From IMG/VR virus record IMGVR_UViG_3300042987_002221, positions 62,001 to 121,204 of that record: DNA of 59,204 nucleotides, one strand, 5' to 3'. A program made the translations under genes and the position numbers. The stretch's first letter is position 1, and each line of letters starts with the position of its first letter. The notes beneath the pieces are model-generated. The model was not told the origin of the DNA, made no database searches, and saw nothing but the letters and a program-made list of their open reading frames with translations. Source of the stretch: an uncultured virus (IMG/VR IMGVR_UViG_3300042987_002221). Lineage: Duplodnaviria; Heunggongvirae; Uroviricota; Caudoviricetes. Positions 17,681 to 27,598 of the stretch are shown piece after piece.

Positions 17681-19162
17681 ATGAAAAAATGCACTATTGT
17701 TATCCTTGATGAAGTAAACTGCAAGATCACTGACCTAGAACTAAGAGAAAGAAAAGCACTGGTTAAAATGTTTGAATACGAGAAGCCAGGTGCTAGGTAT
17801 TTGCCGAGTGTCCGATTAGGTAGATGGAACGGCAAAACCAGCTACTTTAGTTTAGGTGGTCAAACATACGTCAATTTACTTACCGAAATCATCCCACTAC
17901 TAGATCAAGCTGGATATGAAATTGAACTTGATGATCGTAGAAAACACGATACAAGTTTCAACTTTGATTTGGTAAATATAGATAGCTTTAAAGATAAAGT
18001 CTGGCCCAAAAAACATCCACAAGAAGGTCAATCCATACAACTTAGAGACTATCAAGTTGATATCATCAACACACTATTAGTAAATACACAATCAATGACC
18101 GTTGCTGCAACTGGTTCAGGTAAAACAATCGTTACAGCAGCACTAAGCTATAGTGTAGAAAAGTATGGTAGAACAATTGTTATTGTTCCTAACCAAAGCC
18201 TAGTAACACAAACAGAACAAGACTATATAAATTTGGGTTTAGATGTTGGTGTATTTTTTGGCAATAGAAAAGAATACAACAAACAACATACTATTTGTAC
18301 TTGGCAAAGCTTAAACTCACTTAAGAAAATAGGCAAAGAAAAAGAACTGGAAATCTCAATCTATGACTTTATCCAAGATGTGGTATGCGTTATAGTTGAT
18401 GAAGCACATGGTATCAAAGCTGAAGCACTTAAGACATTGTTGATCAATGAAATGGCTAATATTCCAATTCGTTGGGCAATAACAGGTACATTACCAAAAG
18501 ATGAATTCAGCAAAAAAGCATTAGAAATAAGTATTGGACCTTCTATTGGTAAAATAGATGCTAAAGATTTGCAGGATAAAGGTGTACTTAGTAATTGCAA
18601 TATCAATGTCTTTCAGTTGCAAGATAAAGTTGAATATAAGGACTATCAAAGTGAATTGAAATTTTTGACAACCAACCTTGATAGACTTAAATACATTAGT
18701 AAGCTTGTAATAGATTTTCCAAACAACACATTGATTTTGATTGACCGGTTAGAAGCCGGAACGATATTGGAAGAATTATTATCTGATTTGGCAAACACTA
18801 AACAGCCCAAACCAGAAATAGTATTCCTTTCAGGTAGCACTAAACTTAATGAACGAAAAGAAGAATATGAAAGTGTTACCAGTACCAGTAATAAAATTAT
18901 CATTGCTACCTATGGCATTGCTGCTGTAGGCATTAATATAGTAAACTTACACAATGTAGTATTGATTGAACCAGGTAAATCGTTCATCAGAACTATTCAA
19001 AGCATAGGGAGAGGCTTACGTAAAGGTAACGATAAAGATCACGTAGAAATTTACGACATCACAAGTTCTTGTAAGTTTTCAAAGCGGCATCTTTCTGCTA
19101 GAAAACAATACTATAACGAAGCTAGATATCCACACACAACCAAAAAACTAGAGTACAAATAA
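17681..19162 (+). CDS. uvsW: SF2 DNA helicase UvsW
   Basis: LRDYQ, ATGSGKT, DEAH, TGT, IQSIGRGLR. Confidence 0.92.
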   Translation: MKKCTIVILDEVNCKITDLELRERKALVKMFEYEKPGARYLPSVRLGRWNGKTSYFSLGGQTYVNLLTEIIPLLDQAGYEIELDDRRKHDTSFNFDLVNIDSFKDKVWPKKHPQEGQSIQLRDYQVDIINTLLVNTQSMTVAATGSGKTIVTAALSYSVEKYGRTIVIVPNQSLVTQTEQDYINLGLDVGVFFGNRKEYNKQHTICTWQSLNSLKKIGKEKELEISIYDFIQDVVCVIVDEAHGIKAEALKTLLINEMANIPIRWAITGTLPKDEFSKKALEISIGPSIGKIDAKDLQDKGVLSNCNINVFQLQDKVEYKDYQSELKFLTTNLDRLKYISKLVIDFPNNTLILIDRLEAGTILEELLSDLANTKQPKPEIVFLSGSTKLNERKEEYESVTSTSNKIIIATYGIAAVGINIVNLHNVVLIEPGKSFIRTIQSIGRGLRKGNDKDHVEIYDITSSCKFSKRHLSARKQYYNEARYPHTTKKLEYK

Positions 19163-19164
19163 TT

Positions 19165-19665
19165 ATGAACATATTACTGCTTTCAAATGAAAAATACAAC
19201 CTAGAAAATCTACCCGACGAAGTAGATGACATTAGGTTCGCTATATTAGACAACAGCAACCAACAGAATGTAGACTACTTTTTTATCCCACTTATATTCT
19301 TAGAAAGTTTTAGTTCTCCTGCATTGGTGTTAAAGATAGGAGATGCTACAATTAAAATGCCAGTAGATTGGCAAATTGTAATTGGTGAAAAAGATCACGG
19401 TGACTTAGAAGCACTTCCATTAACTAGTTTAAATGATCGCGGATTCAGTGCCTTTTCCTTTAATCCATTATCATCATTTCTCCCAGAATTCTTGCCCATT
19501 GAAATCGTAGACATTTATCATGATGTAACATGGTACAGCCCTAGATTGAAAAATGGGCAATATCTTTGTGTACCAATTGATGAAGGTGAAAAGCCAAGAT
19601 GCGTTTATTTTATTAAAGAAGTAAGCCGCAGTTGTGAAGTAATTGATTACAGTAAAGCTTTTTGA
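19165..19665 (+). CDS. Conserved hypothetical protein
   Basis: 166-aa ORF directly after uvsW. Confidence 0.75.
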   Translation: MNILLLSNEKYNLENLPDEVDDIRFAILDNSNQQNVDYFFIPLIFLESFSSPALVLKIGDATIKMPVDWQIVIGEKDHGDLEALPLTSLNDRGFSAFSFNPLSSFLPEFLPIEIVDIYHDVTWYSPRLKNGQYLCVPIDEGEKPRCVYFIKEVSRSCEVIDYSKAF

Positions 19666-19667
19666 AT

Positions 19668-20222
19668 ATGAACACAGACTTTGATTTGTTTGATGCACTT
19701 ACTGCATTGGATAAAAAAGATTATGGTTATTACAGTAGACTTTCAGAAGAACAAAAACGAAAATTTGTACCCTTCATGTTGGTGCAATGGTTCAGTGCAG
19801 TAAAAGGCAATAGTGACCTACAAAGGTATTATTTGTCTAGTACTGATTACCATGCTAACAAACATATGTTCAATGAAACGGTACAAAAACATCCTGAACT
19901 AGTATGGTTGATGTTATGTGCCGCTAGTCCAAATATGGGAAAACAATTTCATCAGTATATTCCCAACATCAGTGCAAGTGTAGCAAAACTCAAGACTTCA
20001 CCTAAACACAAAGATATTGTTGAATACTATAGTAAAATCTATAAAAATGCTGACAAAGAAACAATCAAGGCAGTAGCCACAGCGTTTGTAGAAGAACACA
20101 AAACAAAAAAATACTTAGCCGATGTTTATCCTAACTTAAAACTTGAAGACATCGAAACCTTATCTAAACTTATCACACAAGAAGATATAGATGATTATGA
20201 AAGACAAAGAGGAAACGGTTAA
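19668..20222 (+). CDS. Possible clamp-loader small subunit (gp62-like)
   Basis: F.PFML..W.S...N pattern and size resemble T4 gp62; weak. Confidence 0.45.
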   Translation: MNTDFDLFDALTALDKKDYGYYSRLSEEQKRKFVPFMLVQWFSAVKGNSDLQRYYLSSTDYHANKHMFNETVQKHPELVWLMLCAASPNMGKQFHQYIPNISASVAKLKTSPKHKDIVEYYSKIYKNADKETIKAVATAFVEEHKTKKYLADVYPNLKLEDIETLSKLITQEDIDDYERQRGNG

Positions 20223-20898
20223 TGAAGAATCCACTTGTGAGTTCTGTAATAAAACCTTCAAGCGTTTCTCCTCTATAGTAAAACATTCATGTGAACAAAA
20301 AAGAAGATGGCTAGATAAAGACAAGCAACCAAATCGTATTGGGTTTCAAACTTGGCTAGTGTTTTACAAGAAAAATTCAGCCGCAAAGAAAACAAAAACA
20401 TATCAAGACTTTATACAAAGCGCATATTATTCAGCGTTTGTTAAGTTTGGACATTATTGTGTTGAAGCCAATGTAATCAATGTTGTAAAGTATGCTGAAT
20501 GGTTGGTAAACAACAACATTAGATTAGATATTTGGAATACAGATACAAATTACAATAAGTTTTTGATTGAATTTCTTCGTAACGAAGATCCATTTGATGC
20601 CTTATATCGTAGTGTAGAGACAACTATGGATATTGCTAAAAATGAAAATATCAAGCACAATGATATTTTTAGATATAGCAACAAAAACAGATTATGTCAT
20701 AAAATAACCACAGGTAAGATCAGTCCATGGATGTTGTATCATAGTGAAAGTGGTACAAAATTTCTTGAGTCATTAGATGAAACACAAGTAAGAATGGTTC
20801 TTGATTATATTAATCCAGAATTATGGGCGATCAAGTTCATCAAGAATTCCGACTTTGTAAAATCTATTAAAGATATACTGAAGCAAGGTGGATATTGA
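20191..20898 (+). CDS. Hypothetical protein with N-terminal zinc finger
   Basis: CEFCNKTF...H.C; exact start uncertain. Confidence 0.7.
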   Translation: MIMKDKEETVNEESTCEFCNKTFKRFSSIVKHSCEQKRRWLDKDKQPNRIGFQTWLVFYKKNSAAKKTKTYQDFIQSAYYSAFVKFGHYCVEANVINVVKYAEWLVNNNIRLDIWNTDTNYNKFLIEFLRNEDPFDALYRSVETTMDIAKNENIKHNDIFRYSNKNRLCHKITTGKISPWMLYHSESGTKFLESLDETQVRMVLDYINPELWAIKFIKNSDFVKSIKDILKQGGY

Positions 20899-21141
20899 AT
20901 GGCATTGCAGGAACAATGGTATTTTGAAAATGAAAAGTTGGGTTGGTATAAATTTATCAAACCTGTTACTTTTCCTCTGTATGATGAAATGCTAGAATTT
21001 ATAGAACAGAATGTTGAAAACCCGTATCGTCATTGTAGATGGAATATTAGGTTAAATGATGAAAAACTTATAACATTTGTGTCGGCTTTCAAGTTTAGAT
21101 ATGAACGAGATTATATAAATTTTGTATTGAGGTTTTCGTAA
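20899..21141 (+). CDS. Small F-x-L-R-(W/F) family protein
   Basis: Ends FRYERDYINFVLRFS. Confidence 0.7.
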   Translation: MALQEQWYFENEKLGWYKFIKPVTFPLYDEMLEFIEQNVENPYRHCRWNIRLNDEKLITFVSAFKFRYERDYINFVLRFS

Positions 21142-21142
21142 C

Positions 21143-21493
21143 ATGGAGAATAAATTTTATCTAAAATTAGATGGTAGGCATACTGGTTATAACCACTTCA
21201 AATATTTGGTTAACGCAAGAACCTGTTATCTAGATAAATTCACAAACAAATATCAACGTACACAGTTGTTTTATGAATTTAAAAGTTTTTGCACCGATAC
21301 ATTCGGTCATAGCAAAGATTTAGTTGATTGGTTGGCTGATATTGATTTTGATTTTTCAACCGATTCATGGTTTGTAAAAGAAAATGCTTATGTTCATAAT
21401 GAGCATTGGTCTTATTTACAAGATGGAAACCGAGAGGCAATCTATTTGCGTACTGACGAAGATTTATCAACTTTTTTGTTGAGATTTAAGTAG
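21143..21493 (+). CDS. Small F-x-L-R-(W/F) family protein
   Basis: Ends LRTDEDLSTFLLRFK. Confidence 0.7.
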   Translation: MENKFYLKLDGRHTGYNHFKYLVNARTCYLDKFTNKYQRTQLFYEFKSFCTDTFGHSKDLVDWLADIDFDFSTDSWFVKENAYVHNEHWSYLQDGNREAIYLRTDEDLSTFLLRFK

Positions 21494-22259
21494 TTTGATA
21501 TTGTGTTGGATTCAATGTATCTTCGGAACTGATAGGATCACTGAGTACTACTTGAGGCGTTGTTCCCATACGAACCATAATATTATTTGCATGTACATCA
21601 CTTTCTGTATGCGGTACACGAATTATTAGACGTTTTATAAGTGCAATTAGTTGTAGTAGATTTGGATCAAAATTCTTAAAACTTAAATTAGAAAATGAAT
21701 TGGCAGGATAGGTTTCTATGGACATATCTATGACTTTGGCTAACTTTTTCCACAAATCAGTGCTGTCCAAATCTTCATACTTCATGCTTGTAGCCATCAT
21801 GACAGGATCTACAAATCCCGCCATCATTTTATCATGTATGTCAAACCAATTTTCAGAACCAAACATTCTTACGCCCATACCATATATTAATTTTTTTGGT
21901 AATGTTTGACCTTTTACTAGTTTTTCCATAGTGTAATCTGGTTTAATGTAACCTTGTTGATCACGATACAATTTCACAACATATACTCTGGGAACATATG
22001 GATTGCTGTCCATTAATGGTTTGATTGCGTTAACGTACTGATAGTATGGATCATCATTTAGATTAGTAGGTACATGTGCTTTTTTACCATACAAAAATGG
22101 ATCCTGTGTTTGATAGCCTTGGCTATAATATCCTGTTTCTGGTTTTGGTGGCCAAATGTTTATAGCATCTGACCTTTGTGATCGCATTGCATTCAAATCC
22201 CAAGATTGCGGTACTTGTTTGGTTTTTTCTACTGGAGTGATGATTTCATCTATACGCAT
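21486..22259 (-). CDS. Protein kinase-like fold protein with MRIDE N-terminus
   Basis: VPRVY, YTMEKL, DVHANNIM (D-x-H-x-x-N catalytic loop), VLSDP; CTAAATA upstream. Confidence 0.7.
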   Translation of the reverse strand: MRIDEIITPVEKTKQVPQSWDLNAMRSQRSDAINIWPPKPETGYYSQGYQTQDPFLYGKKAHVPTNLNDDPYYQYVNAIKPLMDSNPYVPRVYVVKLYRDQQGYIKPDYTMEKLVKGQTLPKKLIYGMGVRMFGSENWFDIHDKMMAGFVDPVMMATSMKYEDLDSTDLWKKLAKVIDMSIETYPANSFSNLSFKNFDPNLLQLIALIKRLIIRVPHTESDVHANNIMVRMGTTPQVVLSDPISSEDTLNPTQYQTT

Positions 22260-22327
22260 CTACATATTTAGTTGACAGAAAATATTTTCTAATGTTAAAA
22301 TGTCTAATAAATTCAATGTAATTTCAT

Positions 22328-22549
22328 ATGTCAAATATAGTAAAATTAAAACATGACCTTACGTATGAGCAAGAATGTTGGCTGACGGAAAATATCGGCC
22401 CTAAACTTTATCATCTTCATTATAAATTCGGCGGAAAAGGCTGGCATGTAGTTCGCGGTTTTGACTCAAAGTATTCAAAAAGGTTTAATTACTATATTAG
22501 TTTTCAAGACGAACGTATGGCAACACTGTTTTTGTTGAGGTGGGTATGA
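22328..22549 (+). CDS. Small F-x-L-R-W family protein
   Basis: Ends FQDERMATLFLLRWV; TTGACA promoter at 22272. Confidence 0.75.
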   Translation: MSNIVKLKHDLTYEQECWLTENIGPKLYHLHYKFGGKGWHVVRGFDSKYSKRFNYYISFQDERMATLFLLRWV

Positions 22550-22821
22550 TCGTAAAAACAATAGAAGTGGAAAAAATTTACTCGTCCCTACACACTAAAA
22601 TACTAAATTTTATTAGTGGAACAAATCATCGTTATACCGGCAGTTTTGAGGCCTCAGATTATATTAAAAAGAATTTCCCAAGTGTTTCATGTCCTGTGTT
22701 GAATACTGAAATATCATTATGGTGTGAAGAAAACTTTGGAAATGACTGGATTTGGAATTGGACTACTATCTATTTCAAACATGAAAGAGATAAAATGTTA
22801 TTTTTGTTGAGGTGGTCATGA
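22546..22821 (+). CDS. Small F-x-L-R-W family protein
   Basis: ATGA overlap; WCEENFG...FKHERDKMLFLLRWS. Confidence 0.75.
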   Translation: MIVKTIEVEKIYSSLHTKILNFISGTNHRYTGSFEASDYIKKNFPSVSCPVLNTEISLWCEENFGNDWIWNWTTIYFKHERDKMLFLLRWS

Positions 22822-23072
22822 TATACCTAGATACTAATCCATTACATTACACTACCAGACGTTACTTCAAAGAAAATATCATGCCTAACTTGCCACACGA
22901 TGAAACTGCGTGGTACAATGGTTATCGTTCATGGCTAACGGAACAAGGATGCGAAATTGATAAACCCTACTCCGATTTACTATGTGATGCGCTAGGAGTC
23001 TCACCTGGATATGATCGTTTTGGATTTGCTAATGAACAAGATGCTGTAATATTTTTGCTGAGATGGTCATGA
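22818..23072 (+). CDS. Small F-x-L-R-W family protein
   Basis: ATGA overlap; ends FANEQDAVIFLLRWS. Confidence 0.75.
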   Translation: MIYLDTNPLHYTTRRYFKENIMPNLPHDETAWYNGYRSWLTEQGCEIDKPYSDLLCDALGVSPGYDRFGFANEQDAVIFLLRWS

Positions 23073-23377
23073 ACATAATAAAAAATCAAATTAATGTTAA
23101 ACCCCGCATGATTTCGGATAAATGGACTTTGGACTATGGTATTAATATAGATAAAGAAGTTACTAAAATTTTACAGGAACAAATAGACTGGGACATACTT
23201 GTTAAAAGTCTAATTCTTCACGGAGGATGGCACAAAGTCATATTATCTAAATTTGATAGATTAGAGGTTGACGCATGGTGCAAGGAACATATTTGTGGAA
23301 AGTATGAATCACGTGGTTCTACTTGGGTCTTTAAAGAAGAAAAAGATTACATATTGTTTTTGTTGAGATGGAGTTAA
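23069..23377 (+). CDS. Small F-x-L-R-W family protein
   Basis: ATGA overlap; WCKEH...FKEEKDYILFLLRWS. Confidence 0.75.
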   Translation: MNIIKNQINVKPRMISDKWTLDYGINIDKEVTKILQEQIDWDILVKSLILHGGWHKVILSKFDRLEVDAWCKEHICGKYESRGSTWVFKEEKDYILFLLRWS

Positions 23378-23384
23378 AATAATT

Positions 23385-23612
23385 ATGCCAATAGTAAAAT
23401 GTTCTCCTTCTGATTTAAATCATCAAGTTCATATCTCAGATAAATCTAATATTGCCGGTGACACAGTTGCTTGGTTATACAAAAATATGCCAGAAAATAT
23501 AGCTTGGACATATTTTGGATTAGTAGACTTTAAATATCATGTATATTATTTTGGTAACAAATATCACGCTGAAAAATTCAGTCAACAGTTTAATGGTATA
23601 ATTCAATCATAA
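23385..23612 (+). CDS. Small hypothetical protein, distant member of the same family
   Basis: WL..N...F.NK.HA.KF. Confidence 0.6.
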   Translation: MPIVKCSPSDLNHQVHISDKSNIAGDTVAWLYKNMPENIAWTYFGLVDFKYHVYYFGNKYHAEKFSQQFNGIIQS

Positions 23613-23625
23613 ACATACTACACAA

Positions 23626-24030
23626 ATGAACAATTTAGAAGTTAAAACCAATTTGCAATTACAGCAATTTAAAAGTAAGTATACTGCTCAAATTAGAGTA
23701 AGCAGTTATAAAGTAGAAAAATATGATCCGTATCAATATGATAAACCATATCGTTACGATGACCTTCGGTCAGCAAAACGTTCATATTATGAACCTGCAA
23801 TAGATATTACTTTATCTGAGAGTAGTTTTAATTCATTGTTAGAACATACACATTATGGCTATCAATTAGAAAAAATGTATGGATTAGATCCTAAATATGT
23901 ATACGAAGAATTAAATGCTGCTTATAAAACAAATAAGGAACAACTACAAGAAGCGTTAATTCGTAAAAATAATCCATCAGTACAACAAGCCTACGAAGCC
24001 TATCAATTATTACTTAAACTAGCAAAATAA
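23626..24030 (+). CDS. Hypothetical protein
   Basis: C-terminal R..NP.VQ.AYE.YQLLL.L. Confidence 0.7.
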   Translation: MNNLEVKTNLQLQQFKSKYTAQIRVSSYKVEKYDPYQYDKPYRYDDLRSAKRSYYEPAIDITLSESSFNSLLEHTHYGYQLEKMYGLDPKYVYEELNAAYKTNKEQLQEALIRKNNPSVQQAYEAYQLLLKLAK

Positions 24031-24046
24031 CCTTTGTGCTTGTATT

Positions 24047-24256
24047 ATGGACATTCACCTAGTAAAATTACAAGATATAACAATTAACGATGCAAATGAT
24101 TGCAAAACCGAGTTGATTGAATCTGGATTAGTAGAATATGTAGATTTTGCTTGGATTTGGCGCAGCACTATTCGTGATGCTCCATCAACAGTAAAAGTTA
24201 ACATCATTTTCAACAACACTAAAACAGCCTTATATTATAAACTTAAATGGGAATAA
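24047..24256 (+). CDS. Small protein ending LKWE (same family)
   Basis: Ends FNNTKTALYYKLKWE. Confidence 0.6.
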   Translation: MDIHLVKLQDITINDANDCKTELIESGLVEYVDFAWIWRSTIRDAPSTVKVNIIFNNTKTALYYKLKWE

Positions 24257-24257
24257 C

Positions 24258-24800
24258 ATGGATGTAATGATAGATATTGAATCACTAGGTACAAGCCCTG
24301 ATTGCACAATATTGTCAATTGGGGTAGTTTTGTTTGATCCAAAAGGTATAGGAATCACTTCAAAACTTGAACTTAAGCCTAGTGTAGAAGAGCAAACCGA
24401 AATATACAAACGATCTATAGACGAAGGTACATTATTGTGGTGGAGCAAACAAAGCCCCGAAGCGTTAAATGAAGCATTGAGCGACGAAGGTAGAATTCCA
24501 TTTAAAGAATGCATGGAAAAAGTTTACAAGTTTTGTTGGAATCATCGTGCAGTATGGAGTAATGGTGCAGGTTTTGATGTAGTAGTAATGGAGAGTGCAT
24601 TTCGTAATTTAGAGATGCAAATCCCCTGGCCCTATCATAGTGTTCGTGATACTAGAACATTGTTTGATATTTGTAATGTCAAACTAAGCGACAAAAAATA
24701 TCAAACCAAAACTACTCATAAGGCAGTTGAAGATGCTGAACACCAAGCCATAGTAGTGCAGGATGCATATAAAAAGTTGATAAAATCAGGTTTGTTGTGA
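24258..24800 (+). CDS. DEDDh 3'-5' exonuclease (DexA/Rv2179c-like)
   Basis: MIDIESLG, WSNGAGFD, RDTRT, HKAVEDA. Confidence 0.88.
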   Translation: MDVMIDIESLGTSPDCTILSIGVVLFDPKGIGITSKLELKPSVEEQTEIYKRSIDEGTLLWWSKQSPEALNEALSDEGRIPFKECMEKVYKFCWNHRAVWSNGAGFDVVVMESAFRNLEMQIPWPYHSVRDTRTLFDICNVKLSDKKYQTKTTHKAVEDAEHQAIVVQDAYKKLIKSGLL

Positions 24801-24988
24801 TTAAAATTACCAGAGATCCCTTTGTAAAAAGAGATTATTTCTTTAACCTTGAATTTAGTACTGCTGCCGAAGTATCTGAGTTGATTGAATGGTTAGACGA
24901 GAATGCTGAGGGCTGGAGTGCTACTGCAGGAGTTCTGCATATGCCTGATTACGAAAAAGATTTAATTTTTCAATTGCGATGGCTATGA
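24797..24988 (+). CDS. Small F-x-L-R-W family protein
   Basis: GTGA overlap; WL.EN...IFQLRWL. Confidence 0.65.
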   Translation: MIKITRDPFVKRDYFFNLEFSTAAEVSELIEWLDENAEGWSATAGVLHMPDYEKDLIFQLRWL

Positions 24989-25569
24989 AGTTTAACAGTG
25001 ACATTGATATAGATTTCGGAGACCGAAGTAAGATACTTGATCTTATTGAGCATATCCCAGCAGCAATGACAAATGTCAAATCTGTAAGAAAACATTTGTC
25101 TGGCGTTCATGTTACTGAAATACCATATGATCCAATACATGATATGGCAACAATTGATTATACTGTTGCTGAAAAAAGAGGATATCTAAAATTAGATTTT
25201 CTTAATGTACACATATATAATGAAGTAAGGGATGAAATTCACTTGATCGAACTAATGCGTGATCCAAATTGGAATTTATTAAAAGACAAACAGTTTGTTG
25301 AAAAATTGATTCATTTAAACAATCAGTTTGATAACATTCAAAGAATGCCAGAACCTATTGATTCTATTCCAAAACTAGCAATGTTTCTTGCTATTATCAG
25401 ACCTGGTAAAAAACATTTGATTGGTAAATCTTGGGAAGAGGTTAGTAAAACTGTTTGGGAAAAAGATTCTACTGGCTATCAGTTCAAAAAGTCACATTCG
25501 TATGGATATGCACATCTTGTTATTGTTAATATGAATTTAGTAGAAGAGCAAAATCCGTTCTCAGTATAA
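24985..25569 (+). CDS. Miniature DNA polymerase III alpha (DnaE)-like protein
   Basis: SDIDIDF, H.SGV, KLDFL, LAIIRPG, FKKSHSYGYA in 194 aa. Confidence 0.8.
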   Translation: MKFNSDIDIDFGDRSKILDLIEHIPAAMTNVKSVRKHLSGVHVTEIPYDPIHDMATIDYTVAEKRGYLKLDFLNVHIYNEVRDEIHLIELMRDPNWNLLKDKQFVEKLIHLNNQFDNIQRMPEPIDSIPKLAMFLAIIRPGKKHLIGKSWEEVSKTVWEKDSTGYQFKKSHSYGYAHLVIVNMNLVEEQNPFSV

Positions 25570-25941
25570 CTTTTTGATCAATGTAATACTTCTACGTTTA
25601 CTTCTGCGTTTATGAAGTTCATTCATACTGGTGATTGGCCCATGTAATATAATCAAACTTTTATTGTTAAACGTTTTTAAGTAGGGCCTAAACATGGCCC
25701 ATTCTTCCTTTAAAAACAAATTTATTGAAGTCAATCTATTGCTTTCCCACCACCAAACTTCACCTAACTCTAAAAATTTGTTTTTTAAATCTGCATCTAC
25801 GATTGAGCCATAATCATAAAGTGTAGTGACAGTATCGTCACGATTTTGTACTATTCCCACATAATCCGTACCTGCATACGAACAAACAGTTATGAACGGA
25901 TGTGTTTGATTTAATTTTTTGAAAAATTCTTGATCTGCCAT
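25561..25941 (-). CDS. Conserved hypothetical protein
   Basis: YVGIVQN, WWWESNR..I..FL. Confidence 0.75.
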   Translation of the reverse strand: MADQEFFKKLNQTHPFITVCSYAGTDYVGIVQNRDDTVTTLYDYGSIVDADLKNKFLELGEVWWWESNRLTSINLFLKEEWAMFRPYLKTFNNKSLIILHGPITSMNELHKRRSKRRSITLIKKLY

Positions 25942-26012
25942 TATCTTTTCATGTAACTTATTATTTACACAAAAAATAACAAATTAATTATTTTGGGACA
26001 GATAAAATAGTA

Positions 26013-26669
26013 TTAAGTTTTCAACGTTTTACATTTTTGAAAATGAAACCGCATCATAACAGGTCCGTTTCCGATTTTGTGACAGTGGGGGCAAACATAT
26101 TCTTTTTTTGGTACGCCTTTTAACATTTTGCTTTTTGCTTGTATAATTTCTAACGATTGCTTTTTTCCTTTATTTGGAGAAGGTTTTCCTTTATGTGCAT
26201 TAGACAAAGCAATACAATGTTCTTCTGAAAATTTTTTACCTTTTTTACTAGTACTGATGTTTAATTTATGTTCTTCTGAAAATGTTCTTCCCCTCAAAGC
26301 CAAACTGGTTTTGGGATTTTTAATTCCCCTGCGCATTCTTCCTCGTTTTGTAGATGCCTCTTTTGAAAATCTATAACCTGTAGCTCCTTCTCCGCCGTCA
26401 GTTTTATTTCTTAGTATTCCAGTATTTAAATCTTTCCGTCCATACCATTTAATCATTCTTCTTTCTATTGCAAATGCCCCTATCTCGCTAAGGTTAGATT
26501 CAAGTATGATAATTCTTGTTTTGTTTTTGGGTGGTTTTATACCCTTATCGTGAGTATTCCATGCTCGGATATTGTATCCCTTTCCAATATAGTATGGGGT
26601 GTTATCTTGTCTTAAATATGCATACACATAAAACCCTGTGGGAGGGTTTTTTCTTGAATAAATAGTCAT
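26013..26669 (-). CDS. Free-standing GIY-YIG homing endonuclease with NUMOD3-like repeats
   Basis: YVYAYLR...PYYIGKG; SEEH...S...KGK repeats; CPHC...HF..C tail. Confidence 0.88.
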   Translation of the reverse strand: MTIYSRKNPPTGFYVYAYLRQDNTPYYIGKGYNIRAWNTHDKGIKPPKNKTRIIILESNLSEIGAFAIERRMIKWYGRKDLNTGILRNKTDGGEGATGYRFSKEASTKRGRMRRGIKNPKTSLALRGRTFSEEHKLNISTSKKGKKFSEEHCIALSNAHKGKPSPNKGKKQSLEIIQAKSKMLKGVPKKEYVCPHCHKIGNGPVMMRFHFQKCKTLKT

Positions 26670-26738
26670 GCTGATTGCTCCTTGTAAGCGTTAGAGTAGT
26701 TGGGAACGCCAATTCCGCGAACTACACTTTTATTTATT
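26670..26738 (-). promoter_or_regulatory. Late promoter plus conserved structured leader of homing endonuclease
   Basis: AATAAATA then hairpins; alignable to 14656-14726. Confidence 0.75.
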
Positions 26739-26782
26739 CCATTTGATAAATATTATTATGATGATAGGAGACGAAACTTTGT

Positions 26783-27556
26783 ATGAGCTATTCAACCGCG
26801 GTTTTTTTATATACCCAGAGACAAATCGTTGTCCTACTGTCTGGAAATTCAGCGAGACGATATATGCCGGTCTACAGTAAACCATTAACACTACACAAAG
26901 GTGTGGACAATAGGATAGATTTTCAGTTCTTGAACCAGGAACAAAAACCGGTTGACATCACAGGCAAAGACATAACCTGTAGAATCATTAGCTATGATGG
27001 GTCCGAAGTATTATTGTCAAAGGCACTTACCTTACAACTCCCAGCAAATGGCATCGCAGCATTGATATTAAACGCGGCTGATATAGAGAATTTTCCTGCA
27101 CAAAAAGCATATTATTCACTAGAGATTCCAGTAAGTTCATTTAACTATCCAGTATTCGTAGATCAAAATGCAGGAGCAAGAGGCGATATGTTTATCGTTA
27201 ATTCAGTATTGCCAGCATTTATTCCTTCAATGCCGATCACAATTCCAACTGGACAACCTTTCCCTAATCTTAATCCCAATGCAAATGCAAATACAACTGC
27301 AAATACTTATTTCAGCAGTGTAATCAACACCGAAAACAATCCTATACTTACATTGCAAACTCATTATGATGGGTATTATGGTAATGTAACCATAGAAGGT
27401 TCAACAATTGTTGATAATGATTGGTATCCAATAACCAACGAATCGTACAGTAACCTAACCGAGACAAAAGGTTACACAATTGTAGGTTATCATCCTTATG
27501 TAAGAATGAACTTTACAAGCAATGTCGGCGTGGTAACTAATATCCTAGCACGATAA
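26783..27556 (+). CDS. Putative virion structural protein
   Basis: GATAAATA at 26745; beta-rich composition; KG.DN.I.F...NQ..KPVDITG. Confidence 0.6.
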   Translation: MSYSTAVFLYTQRQIVVLLSGNSARRYMPVYSKPLTLHKGVDNRIDFQFLNQEQKPVDITGKDITCRIISYDGSEVLLSKALTLQLPANGIAALILNAADIENFPAQKAYYSLEIPVSSFNYPVFVDQNAGARGDMFIVNSVLPAFIPSMPITIPTGQPFPNLNPNANANTTANTYFSSVINTENNPILTLQTHYDGYYGNVTIEGSTIVDNDWYPITNESYSNLTETKGYTIVGYHPYVRMNFTSNVGVVTNILAR

Positions 27557-27598
27557 TCCTTTATAATTGTTTTTACACCTAATTACAGTTATACTGTA

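Noticed and set aside
26013..26782. Target-gene duplication around the second homing endonuclease
   Set aside because: No duplicated coding fragment found; insertion appears intergenic
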